IMG/VR virus record: IMGVR_UViG_3300039098_000035
Span: 1-64,000 of that record
Strand: one strand, 5' to 3'
Source: a virus
DNA: 64,000 nt
Shown here: piece by piece, positions 49,380 to 59,300 of the stretch
Layout of the letters: each line of letters starts with the position of its first letter
How positions within the stretch are numbered: position 1 is the stretch's first letter
Translations under genes and position numbers: made by a program
The notes under the pieces: generated by a model
What the model saw: the letters and a program-made list of their open reading frames with translations, nothing else
What the model was told of the DNA's origin: nothing
Databases searched by the model: none

Positions 49380-49408
49380 AGTATACCATAAAAAAACCAC
49401 CCTTTCAA
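49380..49408 (-). promoter_or_regulatory. sigma70-type promoter for the giant gene, overlapping the upstream terminator
   Basis: TTGAAA-17 bp-TATACT with extended TG. Confidence 0.7.
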
Positions 49409-49419
49409 AGAGTGGTTTT
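49390..49419 (-). terminator. Intrinsic terminator of the capsid operon
   Basis: Minus strand AAAACCACTCTTTGAAAGGGTGGTTTTTTT. Confidence 0.85.
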
Positions 49420-49425
49420 AATTTA

Positions 49426-49764
49426 CTAAATCTTTTTGAAATCGCCAGTAGCAGTTTCTTTCATAAACTTAGCATTAGTTTGCGATACTTTGATCTGACG
49501 ATCAATGTGGTGCAAGTACTTAGTAAGAGCATTGTAGTGCCCTTTTGAGAGTTGGAATCTAGATCCATCTACAGGGAACTTACGAAAGTTTCCATTGTAT
49601 GCTACAGTCACTTGAGTACCAATGTATCTTTGGTACAGCGGTGATATAGAATACTCTGTAGGTTTGGCTCTATATAACTTAGCATCATTACGTTTAGCTG
49701 CATTCTCTCTTGCAGTTACACCCTTAATTAATTTGGATGTTAGTTCAAATGTGTCTTTTGCCAT
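49426..49764 (-). CDS. Hypothetical virion/head protein
   Basis: 112 aa directly downstream of the capsid gene; AAGGAGG RBS. Confidence 0.75.
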   Translation of the reverse strand: MAKDTFELTSKLIKGVTARENAAKRNDAKLYRAKPTEYSISPLYQRYIGTQVTVAYNGNFRKFPVDGSRFQLSKGHYNALTKYLHHIDRQIKVSQTNAKFMKETATGDFKKI

Positions 49765-49836
49765 TTGAGTGCTTCCTCCTTTTTAGATTATTTGAGAGTT
49801 TAACCTGTACCACTCCCAAGGTCTATAGGACAACTA

Positions 49837-51669
49837 TTATTTAATGTTAGATAGTGGATCGTTTCCACTGTTTTCTAACACATTAGTCTCTAAACTAATT
49901 TTAACTTGTGCTACATCTGTACCGATCCAAGCTGTGCTTGAATGATTAGCTGTAAATACGTAAGGTACGCCTGCATAAAGCACAGTGTCTCCTATTACAT
50001 AATCAACGTCAGTAGCGAATACTGGATAAACACCAGCACCATTAATGAATGGAGATAATGGTACGATAGTGTCAGAGTTGACACCGTCAACACGAAGGAT
50101 CATTTCACCTGCAGTGTTTACTCTATTTGCATCTGATGATGCTGCGTCAGGATTTAAATCATCCATTAACGTATACTCACCAGTTAAGAATTGGTCAGTT
50201 AACGCTGCAAGCTCAGCAAATTTAGGGATACCATATGTAATACAGATTGCTTCAGGACGCTTAATAGCTAATCCAAAACCATCTACTTTAAATCCGATTG
50301 ATTGACGTTGGTCTAAAGGATCCCCAACACCACTTGAACCTAAAGGTTTGATAATCATTTGAGGGGCATCAGAGATACCATCTTGTGCTAATTTCAGCAA
50401 TGCTTCCATACCGAATAAGATTCCTCTATGTACAGGTAATTGCATAAATCCACCTGCATCTATTAATGCATTTACTGCAGCAATGTCAGCAGCTAAGAAA
50501 GTACCATCAGTTGTACCGAACGCAGAAGTTAACGTACTATAACTAACAGTTCTTACACCGTTAACCATCGATACAGTTTTGGTAGATTTTCTTAAAACAA
50601 CTTTACAAGTACCCGCAGCACCACCAACAGATTCGCCAGTGTATACACAGTCTGTATCTTTAACAATAGTTTTAGTAGCTACAGGAATTTCCCACACAAC
50701 GTGGTTTTCTACTGCAGTACCATCATCTAAGTACGAAGTACCTGAGCCAGTTACTTTTGCATGTACTCCACCTGATACAACTACTTCAAACTCTTCATGT
50801 ACATCCATGTAATAAATAGTATCGCCAGATACAGCGTACAATCTAATAACTTCAGTACCATCTGATTTCTCATATACTCCAGGGAACTCAGTGTCAGGAT
50901 AAGCGAACTCATCTAACATTGTAGGAATAAACATTAAATCAAACATTGGGAATGGTTCACCACTACCCCAAAGTTTTCCAGTAGTTTGTTCAAGAGCCAT
51001 GTATTGCTTAACTCTAGGATCATCAATCAAACCATTAATAAATTCTGTACTACAGATGTAGTTGAACTTACCACTGATAGGTTTTACTAACATTCTTTTC
51101 ATTCTTGCAATTAAGAATCTTAAATCATCTAACAATACTTCGTCACCAAATGCAAGATTAGCAAATGATTTAAAGTTTGCAAAGAATTCATTCGGTGATG
51201 CTAACCAAGTTTTTCTTGCATATAATTCTTTTGTTTGGTTGGCAAGGTCACCATAATGTAAAGATCTTTCTGCTACTATTTCTGATATTACAGATAAATT
51301 AATTTTATCAGTATACTCACTCCATCTACCGAACGAGAACACATTCCCAACTTCAATAGTTTCGTAAGCATGTTTATCTGGTGCTGGTGGTACTCCTTCA
51401 CGCAATGGTCTAAGCGTTGGTGTCATACCAGCCCATCTACGGAATCTTGCAACTGTATCCCCTTTACGGATACTTAAATTTTCAGCATATTTTAAATGTA
51501 CAAAGTTCTCTTCACCATATTTTAAAGTGTCAAGTAAGATTGTATTATAAAATTCGCCTGGTTCAAACGCGGCTCTGTATACGCCATCAGCATCATACAG
51601 CATACCTAATACAGTATTTACATTTTGCAAATCATGTAAAGGTAGTAATTCGCCAGTGATTACAGCCAT
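49837..51669 (-). CDS. Major capsid protein, N4-gp56 family, with an internal insertion and C-terminal CBM5/12-like domain
   Basis: LREGVPP, FGRWSEYTD, IIKPLGSSGVGDPLDQRQSIGFK; C-terminal YVIGDTVLYAGVPYVFTANHSS. Confidence 0.9.
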   Translation of the reverse strand: MAVITGELLPLHDLQNVNTVLGMLYDADGVYRAAFEPGEFYNTILLDTLKYGEENFVHLKYAENLSIRKGDTVARFRRWAGMTPTLRPLREGVPPAPDKHAYETIEVGNVFSFGRWSEYTDKINLSVISEIVAERSLHYGDLANQTKELYARKTWLASPNEFFANFKSFANLAFGDEVLLDDLRFLIARMKRMLVKPISGKFNYICSTEFINGLIDDPRVKQYMALEQTTGKLWGSGEPFPMFDLMFIPTMLDEFAYPDTEFPGVYEKSDGTEVIRLYAVSGDTIYYMDVHEEFEVVVSGGVHAKVTGSGTSYLDDGTAVENHVVWEIPVATKTIVKDTDCVYTGESVGGAAGTCKVVLRKSTKTVSMVNGVRTVSYSTLTSAFGTTDGTFLAADIAAVNALIDAGGFMQLPVHRGILFGMEALLKLAQDGISDAPQMIIKPLGSSGVGDPLDQRQSIGFKVDGFGLAIKRPEAICITYGIPKFAELAALTDQFLTGEYTLMDDLNPDAASSDANRVNTAGEMILRVDGVNSDTIVPLSPFINGAGVYPVFATDVDYVIGDTVLYAGVPYVFTANHSSTAWIGTDVAQVKISLETNVLENSGNDPLSNIK

Positions 51670-51851
51670 AATTTTTCCTCCTATTTTTATTTTTGATACG
51701 GGACATGGATATATAAAAAGCCAGAAATAAATACGATAACAAAAGCCGTTATACGATTTTAATTTCTGACATCAGTAATCCATATATAGTCTGCCGAGCT
51801 CTATATACTTCGCTCAAGGCACTAAAGTAGCCCGCTACTATCTTCAATTCC

Positions 51852-51891
51852 ATTATATTGGCTTGTAAAGCATTTGTCAAGATGATATAAT
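51852..51891. promoter_or_regulatory. Overlapping divergent sigma70 promoters (capsid gene and Ig gene)
   Basis: Minus strand: TTGACA-17-TATAAT (51880-51852). Plus strand: TTGTAA-17-TATAAT with extended TG (51863-51891). Confidence 0.8.
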
Positions 51892-51934
51892 AAATTGTAC
51901 CAAAATATATTATAAGAGAGAGAGAGGAGAAATT

Positions 51935-52645
51935 ATGAATTATTTACGAAGAATTGTAGTACCTTATGCTGAACGTGATAAAGCGTACATAGCATTGAAT
52001 ACCCTTAGAGGTCCTGTACATGCGGACAATGTACTGATTAACAAGTTACCGTACACAGTGTTTAAAGCAATGGGGATAGCACCTATCATATTGCAGAAAG
52101 ACATAGTGACTATGGCACGTAATGGAACGATACCTCTAGAAGAAGTAATACGTAGAGCTATCATTGCATCTGACTTAGACATTGGAGGTACTGTGTTAGT
52201 AGATGCTTCTGACTTGGCAGCAGTTACAGAGGAGACAGCAGGAGACTATGCTGTAACATGTACCGCTACAGATCCTTGGGACGGTACAAGTACTATTGAA
52301 TTTATAGTACGTGTTATTGATGCAACTATTGCATTGATTACTTTAACCGCAACCGCTATAGATATTGAAGATCAAAACGTAGCGGCATTTGATCCTACAG
52401 CGAATATTGCTTCAGCAGTAGATGATACAGACGATGTATCAGCTAGTGTATTACTTACATTTAAAGAAGATGATGCTGCGGGTGCAGATATATTTGACAC
52501 CGATTACGCAGGTAGTTTAGCGTTAGCTAAGACACATCTAGGTACTGAAACAAATAAAGTATTTGTAATGTACAATTACTCAGATGCTTCAGGAAACCCT
52601 GCAGTAGAAAAAACTGCAACGTGGACAGCAATCGCAGATACATAA
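51935..52645 (+). CDS. Ig-like (DUF5011/HYR-type) domain protein, possible virion decoration
   Basis: AGDYAVTCTATDPWDGTSTIEFIVRVID and YNYSDASGNPAVEKT repeats; no signal peptide; GAGGAG RBS. Confidence 0.75.
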   Translation: MNYLRRIVVPYAERDKAYIALNTLRGPVHADNVLINKLPYTVFKAMGIAPIILQKDIVTMARNGTIPLEEVIRRAIIASDLDIGGTVLVDASDLAAVTEETAGDYAVTCTATDPWDGTSTIEFIVRVIDATIALITLTATAIDIEDQNVAAFDPTANIASAVDDTDDVSASVLLTFKEDDAAGADIFDTDYAGSLALAKTHLGTETNKVFVMYNYSDASGNPAVEKTATWTAIADT

Positions 52646-52646
52646 A

Positions 52647-52766
52647 ATTAAAAGAGACCTAATCGGTCTCTTTTTCTTTTGCTTCTACATTAGATTCAAT
52701 GTACTCTAATACTTCGGCATCGACAAGTTCCCCTGTCTGAAGATCGTAACGTAGCTGATAATTCAT
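52647..52766 (-). CDS. 39-aa hypothetical protein
   Basis: AGGAGGG RBS; MNYQLRYDLQTGELVDAEVLEY... Confidence 0.45.
52650..52679. terminator. Bidirectional intrinsic terminator
   Basis: AAAAGAGACC-taatc-GGTCTCTTTTT. Confidence 0.85.
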
Positions 52767-52775
52767 AGTGCCCTC

Positions 52776-53345
52776 CTATTCTAATATTTCTGTTAAAGGT
52801 ATTTCATAATGAAATGTGTATGAGAAAAATATAATCGTGACATCTTCAGGGTCTACAACATCTCCTAATGATGCTTGTATAGCTGTCCGTAGAGGGTCTT
52901 CTACCATGTTTAAGGTATACCCAGGAGTATCAATAACATATTGAAGGTTGAAATATATTCTAACTTCATAGTCATTGTTTGTGTCAATGTACATAATATG
53001 AGTGAACCCATGCTGTTCTAACAGCTGATAGATAGGACTTTCAGCTGTTAGTATAGTATCGACTAAGTTCTCTCTATCTTCTAGTGCTTGTATTCTGGTC
53101 TCATGATCTTCGAGACGGGCTTCAGCGTCTTGCAGACGTGCTTCATGGTCTGCAATAGTTGCTTGTATCTCTACAATAAGTTCGGCTTCTGTCAGGCCTT
53201 CTTCAATTAAGTCATCTATTTTAGTAGAGCAACTCTCAATCATTTGACAAGCGTCTAGCCACCACTGCATTTCTGTAGCGGTGTTTTCATCAGGTGCACA
53301 CGCTGTCATAAAGAGGACCATAAGTAGTATTAATAATTTTTTCAT
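52776..53345 (-). CDS. Lipoprotein with a heptad coiled coil
   Basis: MKKLLILLMVLFMTAC lipobox; IADHEARLQDAEARLEDHETRIQALE. Confidence 0.75.
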   Translation of the reverse strand: MKKLLILLMVLFMTACAPDENTATEMQWWLDACQMIESCSTKIDDLIEEGLTEAELIVEIQATIADHEARLQDAEARLEDHETRIQALEDRENLVDTILTAESPIYQLLEQHGFTHIMYIDTNNDYEVRIYFNLQYVIDTPGYTLNMVEDPLRTAIQASLGDVVDPEDVTIIFFSYTFHYEIPLTEILE

Positions 53346-56300
53346 TATAAATCTTCTCCTTCTTCTTGTGTTATAAGCCCTTTAGATATTAGTAGTTCCA
53401 CCATACGGTTGTGCTTATCTTCTAGTTTTTTAACTTTACTTTGTAAGTGTTTAATCATAACTGTTTTCAATGTGGCTATGTTATCTGTACGAATAGTGAT
53501 GTCTTCTCTTTCATTTGTTCCATCACGGTCTGTAACTAATTCTCTAGATACCAACATTGCTAAAAGTACAGGATGGTCTTTAAGAATAATTTCAATTTCT
53601 TGTGCCATTACTCCAATCTTAAGGTCATCTGCTTCATCATCATTGTAATTGAAAGTATATATGTTAAGTTGTTCAAACAATAATTCAATCTGTCTAAACA
53701 TAGTTCCGTCTTTGCCTTCAACATACCCTGCGATACTTGGGTTTATTTCTAAGTTATTATCTAATTGTATACGATTAATATCTTTCTTTCTAGTAATGTC
53801 TGATAAAGAATACTCAGCATTTCTATATACCCTATATGAGAATAAATATCCAAAATATTCTGTGGTACTTAGACCTAACATAAGTGCGGTGTTACTTGCA
53901 TCTATATTAGCAGATACTGTAATACGTTGTGATGGGGTGGTTCCTTCTATAAGACGTATCATCTCTACCCCACCTGCAGAGAACGCAAGTTGGTCTAATG
54001 AAGGGAAGAACATTCCTGTATCAGCGTCTCCACTGAATCTATACGCAGGAGCAGTTAAAGTACCTTTAGTAGATGTCCGGAACTGCATTGTTTGCAGGTA
54101 AGTATTTGCCTGCATATATCCGTCTCCAAATGTTACATTAGTTAAAGCTGTTTCAATCTTAGCTTCAGTTAAACTGTATTCTCCATCAGTTATTCCATAA
54201 CCTGCTAAGGTAGTTGGTGTACCAGTTAAACTACTGAATGCGCCATCGAAGGCATCAGTTATTCCATAACCTGCTAAGGTAGTCTGTGGCGTTTGATAAT
54301 CAGTGTCAGCTACAAGAGGTGCTTGATAGTCTGTGCCCGCTACAAAGTTACCTTCGTGGAATATTTTATATTTATTTACACCCATAGACCATCCACCAAC
54401 AAATAAATCATTAGTAGTGCCATCTAGTCCGAAGTGTAATGCGTAGTCTCCACCAACGTGGAATGTAATCATTGCATCTGTACTTGCAGTTGCTTGTTTA
54501 ATTTGCAATGTATTTATTTCTGATGCTTGTGACCCAAGCTGTCCAGCAGGTACAGTGAATACCGTTAACCCTGTGTCCGTTAAGTAGTCATCAGGATCGA
54601 AGTTATTTGCGTGCCACGCTGTATATCCTCCAATTTCTAATTCATCTGAGAAATAAAACACTTGCTCTGTTGCATCAAATTTTAAAAAGTGCGCTACAGC
54701 TGAAGCAACATCTCCAAAGAATACAACGGCGTTGTCATCACTTTGGTCGTAATTGATGTACAATGAATCATCAGCGATAATACTACCGCCAACATACAAT
54801 ATTCCTGTAGATGTTAAACGCATACGTTCTTCTATAGATGTACCGTCTCTAGTTTTAAATAGTAAATCAGTTGCAGTACTTGCAGGGTCATTAGTTCTAT
54901 ACGCTGTAATTTCTGCATAATTCTCACCTACAACAGTGGTAGATAGTCTAAAGCCTATCGTTGCGTTGGAACCAACAGAAGCATAATTAGACCTTAATCG
55001 AAGTCCAGTCTCTCCTGAAGCGTTCACCAACTCCAAGGAATTTTGTGGTGATGTAGTCCCTATACCTATTTTATCAGCAAAAGTAGTTTCTCCTGTTACA
55101 GCCCCACCTGTTAAAGGCAGAGCATAGTCATCAAAATTACCCATATCTAATACTTCTAACCAGTCCATCCATGTTCCATTATTTTTACCACGTACTGCCA
55201 TATGGCCTGTACGGAAATCTCCATATATTTCATGTACCCAAGAACTTGAGTAAACTCCAGCATATAACCCACCATCTGTGTTACTAAAATTATCAAAATC
55301 TCCTGAAGGGAAACTGCTAGCATACCCTATTGTATTTCTTACAACATCATTAACAGGCATAGAGCCGCTATTATTGGTTGTAGTTAAATCAAGTAAATTT
55401 TGTACAGCTGCTTTATCCAACAAAGGTTGGAAGTAATTAGCAGCGTGTCCTTCTAAAGTTCCAGCGTCTAATTGAGTTCCTGTTTCAGAAATTTCAATAG
55501 TGTCAGTTCCAATACTTGTTACGTATGAAATACTTAAAGCATCCATCCATGCTACATTATCATCACCGCTGTGTCCTAATAACAGTTCTCTTACAGACAC
55601 AATAGAATAATCCCATTCTTCTGTAGCATCTACATCTCCTATATATATAACCCCATAGTTACTTGCATCTAAAGCAAAGTGTACTTGACGTGTAATATTC
55701 ATTGCATCTGTTGATTCAAAGATTGCGAATGTGTTTGTCCATGAAGGAGCTGCGTGTAAATATCCACCTAATGTAACTGTGAAAGACGTATCATGAGCAT
55801 AATTATAAACATCTACAACCATTCTAAGCATTGTATTAGACTCTCCTTTTTGAGGAAGTTTAATTCTTATTGCTCCATCTATATTACTTACAGCTGTATT
55901 AAGAAGACCTCCTTTAGGATTAACTATTTTACGTACTCCACCTTCATAAGAATATAAATGTGCATTTAACATACCAGCGATTGTTACATCTTCACTAACA
56001 ACGATATTTCCACCAATTAATGCGTCTCCACTTATATCTAAATCATATGTTGCACCTGGTACAGCTGTATCTGATGTACCATAACCGACTCTTAATGAGT
56101 GTGCTACTGTAAGTTTACCGCCTGTTGAAAGAGCCATAGCTCCTTGGCTTGTACTGTGGTTAGTATCTCTCCATAAAAAGCCACGATCAGCATCATCGTT
56201 AAATGTAAACGTCATGGCCCAGTCATTATTGATTGCCCCAAAGGACAATCCACTAACCATACCTATACCATAATTATCGTCAGAATATACCCTGTATTTC

Positions 56301-59300
56301 ATGTAGTTACTATCTGTATTATGTACAATTTCTGCGTCAGTATCAAATGTTAAATCTCCTGTCATAGTACCACCTGCTAGGGGTAGGTACGCATGTGTAT
56401 GTGCAACAGGGTCTGGTTGTGTACCTGTTAAATCTCCCCATGCTACACCAGTTAAGTATCCTTCTACTCCATGATCTCCCCAACCATAAGCTAGGTCCCA
56501 ATTAACTATTAGTGCTGCAGTTACTGCGCTAGCATCATGGTCATCTTCTAATGCATACGTCCCTATGTTAGCTGATGTTAATATTTTATTCCATGTAGTT
56601 GTAGGCAAAACTGCATTTGCGTGTCTAGCATAGAACTCTCCCCCTGCTGTATCAAACCACAACTGACTGAAGTAATTTCCTGGATGAGTATTAATACTAA
56701 GTAGTGCTCCAGCGTTATTCCCTGCAGGTCCTTTATTCGTCCATGTTCCTGTAGAACCAGGGTATAAACCTGTACCATTATCAGCATCAACATCTAGTGC
56801 TCCACCAGCAATTTGGGATAGGTAATTATGTGTATGTGCAACAGGGTCTGGTTGTGTACCTGTTAAATCTCCCCATGCTACTGATGTAAGATAATCCGTA
56901 CCTGCCAAAAAGTTACCTTCATGGAATATAGCTTTAGCAATATTTCCTGTAAGTGCTGTGTACCCTGTTAAATCTGTTACTTGTGATACATTCCAGGAAC
57001 CTTCCCAGTTTTGAGAATCATATGTAGGGTGGCTGATTACTTTAGTAACAGCAACTCTTCCGTAACTCCAAGATTTACTAACAGTACCTATGATAATACA
57101 ATGCCTACCTCCAGGGGTAACTCCAAGTTGAACTTCATCTATATTATTTCCTGAGCCAATTACGCTATAATTATACCAAGTAGAAGTGGTCCAATTATGT
57201 CCACTCATAGTATAAGTGCTGTGTGTGTTTGTGGTATACTCATATGTATCTATTGTAATAGTCATCATATCATACATAGCAACAGTGTTAGGAAGTTCTA
57301 TTACAATGCATCCTGTTGTAGTCCCTCCAACACCCCATTGAGCTGTCGCATTTGGTATTACTATATCACCTATTCGTAATGAGTCATACATTCTTACACC
57401 CTGCCCAAATTGTGTAGGTAAGAATATTTTTATATCTTGTGCATCTTCATCTACTAAAAGCACTGTATCGTCTCTTGGAGGTGTCAAGTTAGTGCCTGTA
57501 TTATCATATACAGGTGCCATCCAAATATAGTCATCTGTCTCGTCACGCAGCCCAGTAAACATTTTAGCTGCAGTACCTCTTGCATATACTGTAGCAGCCC
57601 AACCAGTAGCATCTTCAATAATTAGCCCATCATTCCAGGCTCCACCATTTGCATTTGTTATTTTTATTTGTCCGTCTACATGCAAAGTATACTCAGGATC
57701 TGTTGTGCCTATACCTACTTTACCTCTGTCTAAAACAAGTACATCATCGTATACTGTGTCAACATTTATCATACTGAAATTATATCTTACAACTCCACTT
57801 GACACAGTTTGCTTTAAAAATAATTGATATGCGTCATTATCATTATACTTTAGATTAAAGAAGACTTCATCATCTTCAGACCCTGTATTTATTTGTAATA
57901 TCGCATCGTCAATAGTTAAGGCACCTGTTAAAGTACCTCCTACTAGAGGAAGTGCGTATGAATCATAGTTGCTACTATCTAATATAAAATTCTCAGAAGT
58001 CTCACTGTTATATAACAAGTCTCCAGTAGGAGCTTCTTCAATCATTGTTATTGTTATAAGGTTCAACATGTCTAGAGTTAACACAGCATTATCTGTGTAG
58101 TTACTCATTGTTATAAACCCTTCAAAGTTTGTACCTGTGTCATACAAACTAAAATACACAGGGTATGCATTGTCTTGCCCAAGTTGATAAGCATTAGCTG
58201 CCCAGTTTTCATTATAGAAACCTAGCATTAAATGAACATCACTACGATCTGTAGCTGCATAGTTATTAGATGATAGGATTCTACCATGTAATATTCTATG
58301 TTGTGATCCAGTTTTATTGACTGAGAATATTTTGTATGTTTTACTTCTACCTGTTAGTCTGATCTTATTAACAACCTGAGTACTTAAATCTAAAGTTAAG
58401 TCTGCTAAAGCACCACTTCTACCAAGAGTTACAACTCTATCTGCGAGTGTTATTGAATCAACGTAAGTATTAGTATCATCACTAGCATGTGTATGTCCTA
58501 CTAATGAGACTGCTGTTCCATCTATTGTAGGTGTATTTACAAAGTCTGCGATACCATCAGAATCGATACGCAGTGCTAGGGTATTATTAACATCAAAAGA
58601 TAGTTCATTAGTAGCGTGTGCGTAGTACATACCTGCTACATAGCTATCTTCAGGATCAGCAAAACCATAATATCCTTTACCTGTGTTAGGTGTAAGAAGA
58701 GTTATCATTGCATATTCAGAACTTTCTATAAGTAAATCTGTATATGTATGTGCACTACCTCCTGAGCTATCTTCATATATGTGTAGTTTACGAGAAGGAT
58801 TATCTGTTCCTATTCCTACATTCCCTGAAGTTGCAATTCGCATTTTTTCTGTATCGCTTGTAGTAAATACAAGTGGGTATGCTCCTATACTTCCTATAAA
58901 CATTACATCATTCAATGCTGTACCTGTACCAGCATAACCAATATGTCCAGCATGTGTATTAGATGTATGCTTGAAGTGTATTGCACTATATCCTGCTGCA
59001 TTTGTATTCTGTAACGTAAGTACAGGTTTTCCAGCTTGTGCACTTATAGCGTGTAATTTAGTTGAAGGACTGCTAGTTCCTATACCAAAATTATTTGCTA
59101 AGGCGTTTACATATGAATCCCCCGCACCATCAATTTTTGCATCAACAGCACCTGCTGCATTTCTTACATCAAAGTAGTATCCGTTACTGCTCCCCCATAT
59201 TTCCATACGTTGCATTATTCTTATAACGGCATCCCCATATATAGCTGGGTATACTCCATCTCTTCCTAATGTTAAAGCATAATCATATGTGTCATCAGTC

